IMG/VR virus record: IMGVR_UViG_3300009034_000001
Location: 177,415 to 241,414 of that record
Length of the DNA: 64,000 bases
Direction: 5' to 3' (one strand)
Numbering within the stretch: the stretch's first letter is position 1; every line of letters starts with the position of its first letter. Of this stretch, positions 34,735-45,562 are shown one piece after another. The notes under the pieces are model-generated. The model was not told the DNA's origin. It saw nothing but the letters and a program-made list of their open reading frames with translations, and did not search any database. The translations under genes and the position numbers were made by a program.

Positions 34735-35063
34735 TTATGTCTTCCTCCTTTATTTTTATACTCGTTGATGAGTCCATTTAACATTGCACGTAGTGCAGGT
34801 TTATTTCCTGTCAACCTGGAATCCAACACAACCAACTTTTCTCCTTTATATTTAAGATTAAAACATTCGGCCCCATAATGTTCAAACTCTGGTTTTGGCG
34901 CGTAATCCCATAGTGGACAAACTTGACATACATCACGGACATCACGAAACAGCAACTTCGCTTCAGCTTCTCTACAAAATATGCAACCACGACGACCGCC
35001 CCAAAGGGAACCACTTTTCTCTATATTACCTCTTAAAAACCGAATAATGGTTGACTTCCTCAT
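34731..35063 (-). CDS. Family A paralog 11
   Basis: Family motifs. Confidence 0.9.
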   Translation of the reverse strand: MRKSTIIRFLRGNIEKSGSLWGGRRGCIFCREAEAKLLFRDVRDVCQVCPLWDYAPKPEFEHYGAECFNLKYKGEKLVVLDSRLTGNKPALRAMLNGLINEYKNKGGRHK

Positions 35064-35067
35064 TTAT

Positions 35068-35382
35068 TTAATCCTCCTTGTCAAAATGTTTAATTAGTCC
35101 ATTTAATAAAGCTCGAAGTGCCGGTTTGTTTCCTTCCAACCTCATTTCAATCTCAAACAACGCTTTTCCATTATACTTAAGATTTGCACAGCTAGCTTGA
35201 TAACTACGACACTTTGGTTTTGGTATATAATCCCATAGTGGACAGACCTTGCATGCAAGCCAATCCGGTGGGGACATCCTCTTTTGAGCCTCGGCACAAA
35301 GTTTACAGTTAGATAAATTACAAAATGAGCCATATTTCTCAATATTATTTTTTACAAACCGAATAATGGTTGACTTTCTCAT
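35068..35382 (-). CDS. Family A paralog 12
   Basis: Family motifs. Confidence 0.9.
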   Translation of the reverse strand: MRKSTIIRFVKNNIEKYGSFCNLSNCKLCAEAQKRMSPPDWLACKVCPLWDYIPKPKCRSYQASCANLKYNGKALFEIEMRLEGNKPALRALLNGLIKHFDKED

Positions 35383-35386
35383 TTAT

Positions 35387-35719
35387 TTAATCCTCCTTGT
35401 CAAAATGCTTAATTAGTCCATTTAATAAAGCTCGAAGTGCCGGTTTGTTTCCACGCAACTTGAAATCAATCGTATTCAATGTTTCCCCTTTATAACTAAT
35501 CCACCCACAGCTATATTCATTAGTTGGTATGTAATCCCACAGAGGACAAGCAACACACCTACACCTGCCATAATGGTAGGTATTATTAGGATCAAACCTT
35601 TTATCAGCCTCCCAACAAAGCATGCATCCACAGCTCAATTCAAATGCTTTCCTGCAGAATAACGAGCCATACCTCTCAATATTATTCTTAACAAATCGAA
35701 TAATGGTTGACTTCCTCAT
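35387..35719 (-). CDS. Family A paralog 13
   Basis: Family motifs. Confidence 0.9.
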   Translation of the reverse strand: MRKSTIIRFVKNNIERYGSLFCRKAFELSCGCMLCWEADKRFDPNNTYHYGRCRCVACPLWDYIPTNEYSCGWISYKGETLNTIDFKLRGNKPALRALLNGLIKHFDKED

Positions 35720-35723
35720 TTAT

Positions 35724-36035
35724 TTAATCCTCCTTGCCAAAGTGATTAACTAACCCATTTAACAATGCTCGAAGTGCTGGTTTGTTTCCAGCCAACTTGT
35801 TTTCCCAAACTAGTAACGGTTCTCCTTTATAACTAATCCACCCGCAGGCAGGCGTAATATCACACTTTGGTTTTGATATGAAATCCCATAGTGAACAAAC
35901 TTCACAGATATTACAAAACGCGGGCTTCCTCAATTTAGCTTCTGCGCAAAGTATACAATCACTCAATCCACCAAAGAGGGAACCACGACTTTCGATGTTT
36001 CCTTTTACATACCGAATAATTGTTGCCTCCTTCAT
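35724..36035 (-). CDS. Family A paralog 14
   Basis: Family motifs. Confidence 0.9.
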   Translation of the reverse strand: MKEATIIRYVKGNIESRGSLFGGLSDCILCAEAKLRKPAFCNICEVCSLWDFISKPKCDITPACGWISYKGEPLLVWENKLAGNKPALRALLNGLVNHFGKED

Positions 36036-36352
36036 TATTTTCTCCCTTTACTAGCCAAATTGACCAATCCATTCAACACCGCGCGTAATGCTGGTTTGTT
36101 TCCTTCCAATCTCATATCCAACACGCACAATCTTTCGCCTTTGTATTTAATCTTGCCACATGGGGATTCAAAACCTTCATACTTTGGTTTTGGAAAATAA
36201 TCCCATAATGAACATGCATCACAGGAATTCCAAAATAAAGCTTTCCGCTTTTTTGCTTCGTTACAAAGTACGCAACCAACTGTGCCACCGAAGAGAGAGC
36301 CATAACTCTCGATGTTTTCTTTCACACATAGAATAATTGTTGATTTTTTCAT
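36035..36352 (-). CDS. Family A paralog 15
   Basis: Family motifs. Confidence 0.9.
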   Translation of the reverse strand: MKKSTIILCVKENIESYGSLFGGTVGCVLCNEAKKRKALFWNSCDACSLWDYFPKPKYEGFESPCGKIKYKGERLCVLDMRLEGNKPALRAVLNGLVNLASKGRK

Positions 36353-36684
36353 CTACTAAGTCCTCCTTTATTAAACGAGTTGACAACCCCATTTAACAAC
36401 GCACGCAGTGCGGGTTTGTTTCCTTTGAGAGTGTCACTCCAATAAGCTAGCCTCATCCCTTTATACAATATATCCTCGCAGTAAGGACTTATATTACCTA
36501 TCAAAACAGGGTCACTTATATAATCCCACAGGGGACAGAAACTGCACTTTGGTGTCAGTCCCGAGGTTTTTGCACGGCGCGCTGAAGCTACCAAACAAAT
36601 TTTACAAATAGACGCGAGCCCGTATAAAGAGCCATGTGTATTGATGTTTTTCTCAACACACCTTATAATTGATTTCAGGTTCAT
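36349..36684 (-). CDS. Family A paralog 16
   Basis: Family motifs. Confidence 0.9.
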   Translation of the reverse strand: MNLKSIIRCVEKNINTHGSLYGLASICKICLVASARRAKTSGLTPKCSFCPLWDYISDPVLIGNISPYCEDILYKGMRLAYWSDTLKGNKPALRALLNGVVNSFNKGGLSR

Positions 36685-36898
36685 TTACTTCCACCTCCTC
36701 TTTAAATACTACATGTGTTTCCACAGCTCCACAGCATCCTTCATAATTGTAGGTTTCCTCGAAAGAAGCATCAGTGGAATATTTATTATAGCTGCAATCA
36801 CAACAAGTATCGGGAAGAAGATAGGAGTGATTGTCCACTTAATACTCTGTTTCACAATTATTTCGCCCCCTTCTTAATTTACCATCTTTTTAAACACA

Positions 36899-37129
36899 TC
36901 AATGCCCTATACGAAAAGTCTTTCTTAAAATAATTGAGACTCTCACCAATAAACTTAGATGTCTAGCCTTCCATTCAGCACTTAGTTTCCTCCAACTACA
37001 ATGGAGACAAAAGTCTTCTGGATAACCTACCCGAATAGTGCCAGAACAGACTGGACAAGCTCTAAATAACTTATATATCTCGACCTTGCCTTCTTTAGCT
37101 ACCAACGTGGACCCTCTACGTTTGGCCAA
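36899..37129 (-). CDS. Zn-ribbon protein (paralog of 48601-48807)
   Basis: CPVCSG....GYPEDFCLHCSW. Confidence 0.65.
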   Translation of the reverse strand: MAKRRGSTLVAKEGKVEIYKLFRACPVCSGTIRVGYPEDFCLHCSWRKLSAEWKARHLSLLVRVSIILRKTFRIGH

Positions 37130-38071
37130 AGTAATGCCACACCTGAGCAGTTAGTTCATCAATTGCACGCTGCCGTTCTTCAGCTCTCCGTTTCCAGAAA
37201 GATACCTGCTTTTCATGGTGGCAATTCAACCATTCCAAATCCTGTTCTAAATCAATAACCTCATCGATCCACTTATCTATTACTTTCTTGACTGACATTA
37301 ATCCTCCTCCTTAAGCTCCAGGCACCCCTAGTAGTTTACAAAGAAAGACAACTACAAGAATACCTGCAGACAGACCTACCCAAAAGCTAAATGGATCCAC
37401 TTTATGGCTTAACGGCTTCTCACAATGCTCACAAAATCTCATCTCAAACCTCCTAAAGATCCGGCGTCCAATCTTCAACCGTTGTTTTAAGTTTCCAACA
37501 CAGTTTAAAAACTATCAACCGGCATTTTGGCAAACTTAACTTTGGATAACGCTCATGAATCCTCTTCGATAGCTCTTCTACAATTTGCTCATCTGAATAA
37601 CCAGCTTCTTTCAAGCTATCAATATCACGTTCAATATACACATTTCCATAGCTCATCTCAAACCTCCCGTTTTTTAGCCTTTAGAACCATCATGGGCGGC
37701 CCTAAAGGAAACATATACATCTGTTTGAACTTTTCAAGTTCGCAATTTAACCAGTCGATTTCCCTCCAAAGTTTCTCAACTTCCAGCCGCTTCTCATTCT
37801 CTATTCTCAAATTGCTAGGCGGACAAAAGATACACGCCATAAGATACCTCCTTTATTTCTTCCCATCGCCCCAACGTATTCCATTCTTGCATCTTTCTAG
37901 TAAATCATTAATACTCTGTAGCTCAGAATCAATTTCTTGAATCTGACTAATAATTGCCTTAGCAACAACTATATCGAATTGTAACACAATGGTAGCTAGG
38001 TGTTTCTCTTTTAGTTCTTTAGCACTTAATATTATACCATCTATCAATTCAGCTAGCGCTTTTTCTTTCAT

Positions 38072-38275
38072 TTAATAGCCTCCACGCTCTAAAGCATCAG
38101 CACATTCATTGCACTGATAACCTTTGGCTACATCCAATGGAGTAAGTCGATTTGGTTTTCCACAATTAGGACACGGATGTTTCCTTGGATTCTTCTTTGT
38201 AGCTGCACGAAGAGCACTTCCTCCGCCCGGATCCGCAAAGCCAACCCCGTCAATGAGCATCTCTTCATCATGCAT
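38072..38275 (-). CDS. Conserved phage Zn-ribbon protein
   Basis: FADPGG.SALRAA...PCPNCG..NRLT..D...GYQC..CAD. Confidence 0.6.
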   Translation of the reverse strand: MHDEEMLIDGVGFADPGGGSALRAATKKNPRKHPCPNCGKPNRLTPLDVAKGYQCNECADALERGGY

Positions 38276-40146
38276 CTCTTTGATACCTCCTTAAAAGAAT
38301 TTAATTAAGAACCAATAAGTGCCCATCCCAGAACCAAGAAAAATGTTGCCACCAATACACAAATAATACATATACATATTTTCTCACGTCTATTGTATAG
38401 AGGCTCCCTACTAACTCCCGGGAACCTTACATCACCAGCCTCTTCATGCTTCCTTAACTTATGTAGAACGACATTTATCTTTTCAGTAGCTTCCTCATCT
38501 ATTTGCATAAATCTACAATACGCAGACTCAATCCGCTTTGCACCTTGTACCACACGGTTAATAAGTTCAATCTGTTCACAATTAAGTTCTCCCTTCTTAG
38601 CTAACCTGGCGACTGTAACTGCGGCAAACTTATTAGCTAACTTAGTTAATCTCGGATTATGCATATCTTATCACTCTCCTCGAATTGCGTTTCGGATTTT
38701 TCTGATATACAATTGTTTAAGGTCTTTGTAAAGCTGCCTTTTATTTTTTCCGGAAAGCAAGACCTTCCCGCTTCCAACTCCAAAACACTCCATCCGTGCT
38801 TCTCGCTCAGAGTTGACTTTCGAACTTACTCTGATAAGTGAACCATATTCAACAACATAGTACTTCTTTGCCATCTTAAATCACCTCCCAAACTAAATAT
38901 CTTTAATAGTATGTACCTTTTTCGGAAAGATTCTTCCCAGTCCACTATCGTACGTTTTGTATAAAGCGTATCCAAAAATGCCTCCAATGATTATGCACAC
39001 CACGCTATACAGTATGGCCGCCAAGAAAGCAATCCACTGAACCAACAGCTGGTCAGGGTATTTCAACAACAAATTTTTATACACCTGGGAAACAACCCAA
39101 ATGCCATATAAAGAGCCTGTCCAACAAAGTATGCAAGTTATCAAACCTAGCACCTTACAAGATACTTTTTGGAGTAAATTCATCCTTTTATCCCTCCTTT
39201 ATCTTTAGCAATTACTCATTAAACTTATTAAGCTGACGCGCAATATTCTCAAGTTGAGTAGCAATAGCAGCTAATCCAGTTAGAAGCGCTCGCGCAGTTG
39301 TTAGCAGAACCAACTTGTCATTGGTCGGCCCTGTTAGCTTTAGTTTCGACATATCTTCAAAAGACAAAGATTTTTCGATAATATCGTCGAGAGTCTTAAT
39401 CTGTGTTTCAACCTTCTTGTCCATTGGTTTCTCCTTGTTACAAAAAATTAGGTACAGTATAAACACACCATATAAACATTCCTACTAACTACTTGTGCTT
39501 CCGTCTGCGAAAAAACTTTCTGCGCTTGCCTTTTGTTTTCCAAACAGGCATTACATATTCCTCCACCAACCAATTTCTTCAGAGCATTTCTTTAGTCCAA
39601 TGTACATCCAGAAATGTGATACGAGCAACTTAAAAATAATGAAAAGTATTAGAAATAGTTCAATCATATCAATTCCTCCTTATCGTTTCTTTGGAAATCT
39701 CATACCGACGTCATCAAGCCTACAAGCACATACATCACCAGACAATCCTAACTCACACATAGCACCGTCAACAGCATTATAAAATGGCACGCCTCTAATG
39801 TCTGTAACCTCATAAATGCCAATTACTTCAAAAGGGTCATCCGCTGTCGGATACCTATTAGTAAACCAACAGCACTTATTAACTTTAATCGAGTCAGGGT
39901 TAGGATCAGCTTCCCTATCTTCTACTAAAAATATTCTCATAACTTTCTACCTCCTTCATGTTGAATTAAACATAATCTTTCGGCCCGTAAATAATCGAGT
40001 AATCACTAAAGCTGTGTACGAATTGTGAAACCATGTAACCCAATAATGCACAAATGGCTACCACCAAAATAAGTCTAAATACTAACCCGGATTTCCCTTT
40101 TAGTTTAAGCCAAAATAAACGCATCATTTCACACCTCACACTCTTT

Positions 40147-40455
40147 CTAACCAAAGTAATTATCTAATCCCTTTAGTAGTGCTCGTAGTGCTGGTCTATT
40201 TCCAGCTAGCCTAGAGTTCAAGACATGAAGATTCTTACCTTTGTATTTAATCTGATCACATCCACAAATATACGTTGGCCACTCTGGTCGAGGCATGTGG
40301 TCCCACAGGGGACACCACGCACAACTTGAGCCACAACTTGTGCCTTTCCTAGCCATGGCAACATCACACAATGCACAATCGAGCGGATGCCCATACAAAG
40401 AGCCATGGTTCGAGATGTTATTCCTTAAAAAACGAATAATCGCTGTCTTATTCAT
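40147..40455 (-). CDS. Family A paralog 17
   Basis: Family motifs; first of a 5-gene tandem array. Confidence 0.9.
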   Translation of the reverse strand: MNKTAIIRFLRNNISNHGSLYGHPLDCALCDVAMARKGTSCGSSCAWCPLWDHMPRPEWPTYICGCDQIKYKGKNLHVLNSRLAGNRPALRALLKGLDNYFG

Positions 40456-40781
40456 TTCTTTATTTCCTCCTTACCAAAACGCGTAATTAATCCATTCAAG
40501 AGTGCACGTAGTGCTGGTCTATTTCCAACTAGAATACAATCAATCGCCAACAAAGACCTTCCCTTATATACAATCCCAGAGCAGCTATAATTACTAGTAG
40601 GTATGTAATCCCACAACGGACAATCCATACAAGTTCCCTCATAGACATCAGGGTCAAAGTCGGGGTTAAACCGCTTATCGGCCTCTTTACAAATCACACA
40701 ACCCGCCATTTCCTTACTGAACAACGAGCCATACTCTTCAATATTCCTCTTGACACATCTTATAATGGTTGTCTTCTTCAT
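40452..40781 (-). CDS. Family A paralog 18
   Basis: Family motifs. Confidence 0.9.
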   Translation of the reverse strand: MKKTTIIRCVKRNIEEYGSLFSKEMAGCVICKEADKRFNPDFDPDVYEGTCMDCPLWDYIPTSNYSCSGIVYKGRSLLAIDCILVGNRPALRALLNGLITRFGKEEIKK

Positions 40782-41098
40782 CTTTTTATTTCCTCCTTGC
40801 CAAAGTAATTAACTAATCCATTTAGCAGCGCTCGTAGTGCTGGTTTGTTTCCACGCAATCTATGCTCAAATTTGTACAGAGTTGTTCCTTTATGCCAAAT
40901 ATCTGCACAATCGGCTCTGTGACCCGGTGGTTTTGGCATGATATCCCATAATTGACAGTTATTACATTCAGATGTACCCAGTGAAGTTTTCCGCTTTTCT
41001 GCTTCCTTACACAAAACACAATTAAACGGGTCGCCATATAAAGAGCCATACGTCTCAATATTACGTTTTACAAGGCTAATAATAACTGACTTCTTCAT
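40778..41098 (-). CDS. Family A paralog 19
   Basis: Family motifs. Confidence 0.9.
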   Translation of the reverse strand: MKKSVIISLVKRNIETYGSLYGDPFNCVLCKEAEKRKTSLGTSECNNCQLWDIMPKPPGHRADCADIWHKGTTLYKFEHRLRGNKPALRALLNGLVNYFGKEEIKR

Positions 41099-41424
41099 TT
41101 ATTAAGTCCTCCTTTTTCAAACAAGTTGATAACCCCATTTAACAATGCTCGTAGTGCTGGTTTGTTTCCTTCCAGCTCGGAATCAATCGAAATCAACGGT
41201 TTCCCTTTATACCTAATCCACCCACAGCTATTATCACTAGTAGATATGTAATCCCACAGAGGACAAGCAACACACCTACACCTGCCATAATGGTGGGAAT
41301 TATTAGGGTTAAATCTTTTACCTGCCACATCACAAAGTGCACAGGTTGTAAGTTTATCACTAAATAACGAGCCATACTTCTCGATATTCCTCTTGACACA
41401 TCTTATAATGACTGACTTCTTCAT
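41095..41424 (-). CDS. Family A paralog 20
   Basis: Family motifs. Confidence 0.9.
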   Translation of the reverse strand: MKKSVIIRCVKRNIEKYGSLFSDKLTTCALCDVAGKRFNPNNSHHYGRCRCVACPLWDYISTSDNSCGWIRYKGKPLISIDSELEGNKPALRALLNGVINLFEKGGLNK

Positions 41425-41759
41425 TTGTTTAATTCTCCTTTATTAAAAGCGTTGATAAGTCCATTTAATAACGCTCGAAGAGCTGGTTTATTGCCATTCA
41501 AGAAGTAATCAGAAGCAAAAAGTTTTGCTCCTTTGTAGAGAATGTCAGAACATTCTGAATACCTACCAGATGGTCTTGTTATGTGATTCCACAATGGACA
41601 GAGGTCACATTCAAGTACCATTTCGAAAACCTTCCAATCCGTTTGAGAAGCACGCTTTTGTGCTCCCTTACAAAGAATGCAATCATCTGGAATTCCGTAT
41701 AACGACCCATACTTCTCAATATTCCTTTTGATGCATCTTATAATAGCTGAAACCTTCAT
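41421..41759 (-). CDS. Family A paralog 21
   Basis: Family motifs. Confidence 0.9.
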   Translation of the reverse strand: MKVSAIIRCIKRNIEKYGSLYGIPDDCILCKGAQKRASQTDWKVFEMVLECDLCPLWNHITRPSGRYSECSDILYKGAKLFASDYFLNGNKPALRALLNGLINAFNKGELNK

Positions 41760-42287
41760 ATCGGCATCCCCCTATCATATCTTGTATTGCGCACTACTGT
41801 GTCCTTATCAACAGTATATCTCACTTTACACAATGTGCATTTAAAAGCCAAATCACCACAAGCATATGAAGCACAACCTCTAGAATGTAATACTAAATTT
41901 GTGCCACAATCAGGACAAATTCCATGTTCTACGCATTCCTTTCTAAACTTTCTACGCTTTAGTATAACAACTGGATCATTCATCATCCTTACCTCCACTA
42001 TATTTTAACGTCTATATCTAAATATTCTAGAAGCAAACGAGCACACGCAACCACAGCTGCCCAACATCTTCTTGCGTCTACAAGTGAATCGAATTTATAC
42101 TCTTCATCCTCCGGATGAAGAAATTTGTGACGCAGACATGTGCCACTTTCATCCCATTCTTCCTCAACGATAGATATGCGTACTTTATATCTCCACATTT
42201 TTCCTCCAATCCATTTGTGATTTTCTTTACTGTGGTAGGTTCATAATAATTGTAGGTTAATTTTTTTTAGTTAAATTGATTTTATAT

Positions 42288-42341
42288 AATATACCAATTT
42301 TTAGGTTTAACTTCAAGGGGGACCCTAAAATATTTTTGTAC
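42288..42341 (-). promoter_or_regulatory. Repeated early promoter, copy 4
   Basis: GTACAAAAATATTTTAG-GGTCC-N3-TTGAAG-N17-TATATT. Confidence 0.85.
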
Positions 42342-42484
42342 TGTGTTGATATGTCATCCCTTGTTAACCTTTTGGCCAAGTTGCTATCAGTAAAGTGACC
42401 ATTGCAGCCCAAAACAACAATCTCCATCCCCACTTGCCCATCATAACCTCCTATTGAGTAATATACTCTTTCAAATCAACAAAT

Positions 42485-42805
42485 TTACCGGGGGTCACCC
42501 GATACCGAAACTTTCATCCAAACTTCGCCGTTGAAGAGGTCAGAAACAAAATGTCTACCATTGCATTTATTATCAAGATAACATTCAGTAGTCTTCCCGT
42601 CAGAACCCGAAGCCAGAAAGATGTCACTACACATGGTAAATTCTTCCTTGAAGACTTTGTTGCCTCTCCCCCCAGGAACAATATAACGTCTAACCGCAAA
42701 ATCCTTTTTTAGCTTGTGCCTCTCATCATAGAGAACTCTAATCCAACGATTGAATTTAAAATGTTCTCTTTCGTACCTTTCCTTTAATGTAGATTGATCA
42801 CACAT
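42485..42805 (-). CDS. Family C paralog 1
   Basis: MCD..TLKERY...W.RV..DERHKLK...VRRY...F....DIFL...KTTECY...FVSDLFNGEVW. Confidence 0.88.
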   Translation of the reverse strand: MCDQSTLKERYEREHFKFNRWIRVLYDERHKLKKDFAVRRYIVPGGRGNKVFKEEFTMCSDIFLASGSDGKTTECYLDNKCNGRHFVSDLFNGEVWMKVSVSGDPR

Positions 42806-42849
42806 CTTTTGTGTCCTCCTTCTAAATAAGTTTAATCAAACCAAATTAT

Positions 42850-43176
42850 TTAACAATCTGCATCCTCACAAATCCAAACTTCGCCATTAAAGAGAAGACT
42901 AACAAAACCGGTCCGACATGTCATAACGGCATCATGATACAAATAATGCTCGGTTGTCTTCCCGGCGCTCTCAGTCAGAAAAATATCCGAATCCATCCAA
43001 AATTGGTACAAACTGACTTTGTCATTCCCCACGGGAGGGATAACATAACGCCTAACAAACACGCCAGTTTTTAGTTTGTGCCTCTCATCGTAAGGGACTC
43101 TAATCCAACGAGGAACGCATTTATCTTTAATCTGTTCCCTTTCATACCTTTCCTTTAATGTAGATTGATCGCACAT
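42850..43176 (-). CDS. Family C paralog 2
   Basis: Family motifs. Confidence 0.88.
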   Translation of the reverse strand: MCDQSTLKERYEREQIKDKCVPRWIRVPYDERHKLKTGVFVRRYVIPPVGNDKVSLYQFWMDSDIFLTESAGKTTEHYLYHDAVMTCRTGFVSLLFNGEVWICEDADC

Positions 43177-43206
43177 CTTTTGTATCCTCCCTCTAAATAA
43201 GTTTAA

Positions 43207-43548
43207 TCAAACCTGAGACCAAATACGCATCCAAACTTCGCCACGGAAGAGGTCTCCAACATAACCCCTTTTTCCAATCGATGCTTGTCCAGGCAAAATT
43301 TCATCATGGTACATATAAGCAGTTGTTGTCCTCCCGTTGTAACCCTTTGTAAGAAAAATGTCAGAATCCATCCAAAAGTCATGTACTTCAACATGGTCAC
43401 TCCCAGTAGGGACAAAATAGCGCCTAACCCTAGTACCCGATTTTAGCTTGTGTCGCTCATCAAAGGGAACCAGAACCCAACTAGGAACGCATTTATCTTT
43501 ATTCTGTTCCCTTTCATGTCTTTCCTTTAATGAAAGTTTAATACACAT
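43207..43548 (-). CDS. Family C paralog 3
   Basis: Family motifs. Confidence 0.88.
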   Translation of the reverse strand: MCIKLSLKERHEREQNKDKCVPSWVLVPFDERHKLKSGTRVRRYFVPTGSDHVEVHDFWMDSDIFLTKGYNGRTTTAYMYHDEILPGQASIGKRGYVGDLFRGEVWMRIWSQV

Positions 43549-43592
43549 CGTTTATACCTCCTTTCGGTGGTTAATAAAACCAAGTTATTTAT

Positions 43593-43997
43593 TCAGCAAC
43601 CCGTGAGCACCAAAATCCAAACTTCATCCATAAACAGATCCTGAACAAAACCACTCCGTCCCCCTATATTTTTCGAGTCCTTAACAAAACCCTTCCGTTC
43701 CCCCATCTTACTCGAGGGTACTGGCCCAGGCGGAGGATGATACAAATAACACTCCGTAGTCTTCCCGTTGTAACCCTCCGTCAGAAAAATGTCCGAATCA
43801 AGCCAAAATTCTTGCATGGAGACTTTGCCACTATTTCCCACCTTAACGTAGCGCCTAACAAACATACCAGCTTTTAGCTGGTGTCTCCGTTCAAAGGGAA
43901 CCATAATCCAACGAGGAACGCACGTTTTCTGTTGCTTTTCATATCTTTCCTTTAATGTAACTTTAAAAAAATCAGTAGCTGCTGGAAAATCGAACAT
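43593..43997 (-). CDS. Family C paralog 4 (with Pro/Gly-rich insertion)
   Basis: Family motifs plus HPPPGPVPSSKMGERKG insert. Confidence 0.88.
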   Translation of the reverse strand: MFDFPAATDFFKVTLKERYEKQQKTCVPRWIMVPFERRHQLKAGMFVRRYVKVGNSGKVSMQEFWLDSDIFLTEGYNGKTTECYLYHPPPGPVPSSKMGERKGFVKDSKNIGGRSGFVQDLFMDEVWILVLTGC

Positions 43998-44711
43998 TAC
44001 TTATTCCCCCCTTTCATTACTTTAAAAAAGACTGGATATGGCTCTTCTAATATGATAAAGAAAACCTTTATCATTTGGTAGTGTATAAAGCATAAGCCCA
44101 TTTGCAATCTTGCGAACAAAGTACTCTTCGCCTTTATAGTGAAAACAATAACACGTGTTGAGTGCCATATCATCGGTGTTGACTTCTACTACGCCCTGTC
44201 GTATTCCAATCGGCCATTGCGTTTCCATCTATATCCGCCCCCTATTTAATATGATTTATTACACATTCTACTGTCATAACAGCAGCAAATGCCGTTATGA
44301 CTGAAATAACCACATAATAAAGTATACCCATTAGTTTCTTCATTTCAAACTCCGTTGTTTATTCTGATTTACTCAAAAGGGAATACATCTGCCAACAGTG
44401 AACTTACATTCACCACTAAAGACTCTTCCGAGTCAGAACCCTTGTTATATCCCAGCCAGTCACCGCCCCTATCGCTATCCATCCACCACTGACCATCACC
44501 AAGTTCGTTCTCGACTTGTTTTTTCCAACTTTTTAACAATTCTCTTAATTTCTTTTCCATCTTTACCCTCTCTTCATCTTTTTTGGCTTTATCCAAAACA
44601 TCTTTTTGCTTATCATATAATTCCTTGCAACGCTTCTTAAAAGACCTTTTGCCATCTTCCCTCAAAAGGTCTATCAAAGTGATTTCTCCCATGATTTCAT
44701 CTCCTTCTATC

Positions 44712-44945
44712 TTACGTTACAATAAGTCCAAATACGACCGCAATGCTCGCTCCGAACCATGTGCACCACAAATCGTCCCACTCAGGCGTTCCATAACCTA
44801 ACATATCTAACAATTCCTTTGCCACGCCAAATGCGAATCCGGCAAAATAAAGTGGCGACCATGCCATTCCTAACAAAGATAGCATACAACCCACTATAAG
44901 ATGCGCTATTTTATCTCTTCTCAATGTAATATCCCAATGACCCAT
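44712..44945 (-). CDS. Small membrane protein (VanZ/DUF2279-like DK..H...KE..D motif)
   Basis: DKIAH...hydrophobic helices...KELLD..G.G...DL. Confidence 0.5.
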   Translation of the reverse strand: MGHWDITLRRDKIAHLIVGCMLSLLGMAWSPLYFAGFAFGVAKELLDMLGYGTPEWDDLWCTWFGASIAVVFGLIVT

Positions 44946-45028
44946 ATAAAATCCCCCATATTTTTTTTGCCCGTCCCAAATTAAATAATACAGTTAAAGA
45001 TATGTCGTTTACCTCCTTTTCGTACTCC

Positions 45029-45174
45029 GAGGGAATCAAACCCTCATCCGCTATTGTCATACTAGGGCTCACGGCTACTAGAAACATCATGAGTCATTAC
45101 ACGACACAGCACAATGTTACCGTGAGCCCGGCACCCCCTCGATCTCCGCCTTTCCGCAGATGCCGCAAGGCGGA
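45029..45174 (-). ncRNA. Candidate structured RNA element
   Basis: GC-rich intergenic stretch with three stems: TCCGCCTT/AAGGCGGA, GGGCTCACGG/CCGTGAGCCC and GAGGG-TTTGATT-CCCTC. Confidence 0.35.
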
Positions 45175-45244
45175 AGCCTACTCAAACACAGATATAGCTG
45201 ACACGGCCAGTCCAAATTCAAACACCTCCATATAAACCGCACTG

Positions 45245-45562
45245 CTACTCGTACACGTACATCATCCATACTTCGCAGTTAAAGAGGTCACTAACATAAT
45301 ACTTGGTGACATCACCTTTTCGGTTATAACATTCTTCAGTTACCGAGTTATAGTTTGGAGCCAAATAGATGTCAGTACCCATAGTAAATTCTTTCATATA
45401 GACACAAGTACTTCCTGCTGTAAGGATAAAAGCTCTGACTACCTTATCCTTCTTCAATACATGTCTTTGGTCATAAGGCACATGACACCAACGGTCATAG
45501 TGTGGTACCTGCTCTCTGAGCCATCGATCTCTTAAACATGGTTTATCATCCATTTCTTTCAC
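45245..45562 (-). CDS. Family C paralog 5
   Basis: Family motifs (FTMGTDIYL, YVSDLFNCEVW). Confidence 0.88.
   Translation of the reverse strand: MKEMDDKPCLRDRWLREQVPHYDRWCHVPYDQRHVLKKDKVVRAFILTAGSTCVYMKEFTMGTDIYLAPNYNSVTEECYNRKGDVTKYYVSDLFNCEVWMMYVYE

Noticed and set aside
34411-41759. CRISPR array or DGR explanation for the periodic family A arrays
   Set aside because: The repeats are coding gene junctions about 320 bp apart, not 25-45 bp repeats. No reverse transcriptase is in the window, and the differences are not adenine-specific template/variable pairs.
19250-41759. Family A as c-type cytochromes
   Set aside because: The CxxC motifs are not followed by His (CxxCH appears only incidentally in a few copies) and there are no signal peptides.
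45022-45045. A second tRNA or a tmRNA
   Set aside because: Only a T-arm-like hairpin is present; no matching acceptor stem or anticodon arm could be paired.
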